Under the pieces are notes generated by a model. It was not told where the DNA came from. It saw only the letters and a program-made list of their open reading frames with translations, and did no database searches. This document shows, piece after piece, positions 41,657 to 41,919 of a stretch of 41,919 nucleotides of DNA; position 1 is the first letter of the stretch, and the number at the start of each line of letters is the position of its first letter. The position numbers and the translations under genes were made by a program. The DNA is taken from positions 1-41,919 of IMG/VR virus record IMGVR_UViG_3300023283_000392. One strand, 5' to 3'. The DNA is from a virus (lineage: Duplodnaviria; Caudoviricetes).

Positions 41657-41919
41657 CCGCGGCGGCGGTGGCGGCCGGACTTGTCGGCTGCGCCGTAACG
41701 CCCGAGCCGGTGACGATCCGCGAGCCGCAGGAGGTTCTCGTCGAGGTGCCGGTGCCCTGCCCCGCACCGGAGACGCGCCCGACCAAGGGGAATGATCTGG
41801 CGCCGGCTGGCGCCGACATCTTCGAGGCCGCCCGCCACGCTCGCGCCCGTATCATCGATCTGCGGCGCGAGGTCGACGGGCTGCGGGCTTGGGCGGAAGG
41901 GTGCGCGACGGAGGAATAA
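41617..41919 (+). CDS. o-spanin lipoprotein (Rz1-like), overlapping the i-spanin
   Basis: AAGGAG RBS; lipobox LVG-C; Pro-rich VEVPVPCPAP; terminal Cys. Confidence 0.8.
   Translation: MPRCARAACWRGVTAAAVAAGLVGCAVTPEPVTIREPQEVLVEVPVPCPAPETRPTKGNDLAPAGADIFEAARHARARIIDLRREVDGLRAWAEGCATEE

Larger units (their letters stand above)
849..41919. mobile_element. Lambda-like temperate siphovirus prophage integrated at tRNA-Val(CAC); right end outside window
   Basis: att fragment, integrase, immunity switch, replication, cos/terminase, head, tail and lysis modules occur in canonical order. Confidence 0.95.

Overview
The window holds most of a lambda-like temperate siphophage prophage in a high-GC bacterium. 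An alphaproteobacterial host is inferred from gene content and motif style. From left to right: the 5' part of a host Wzi-type capsule-assembly gene; the displaced 3' half of a tRNA-Val(CAC), marking one att junction; integrase and excisionase; and a leftward early operon (ExoX-like exonuclease, MazG-like protein, many small ORFs, a large ParB-like protein, an Rmf-like protein). Next come a cI/cro switch with 17-bp operators and a rightward operon (frameshifted CII-like gene, HD hydrolase, orphan amino-methyltransferase, P-loop replication helicase). These are followed by a GTAACA-iteron origin, a late regulator with a pR'/tR'-like unit, a lambda-like cos site, lambda-type head genes and tail genes with a -1 frameshift chaperone. 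The right end has a two-gene membrane moron, tape measure, a 1609-aa hub/tailspike fusion and a holin-endolysin-spanin cassette. The other att site and the intact tRNA should lie beyond the right edge. The most notable oddities are a phased GTTC-N7-GTTC-N7-GAAC-N7-GAAC array (two alphaproteobacterial LexA-box matches) in the att arm, a CI that appears to lack its autocleavage Ser/Lys dyad, and an acidic XRE-HTH-like domain inside the capsid scaffold. All family assignments come from motif recognition by eye, not from database searches.
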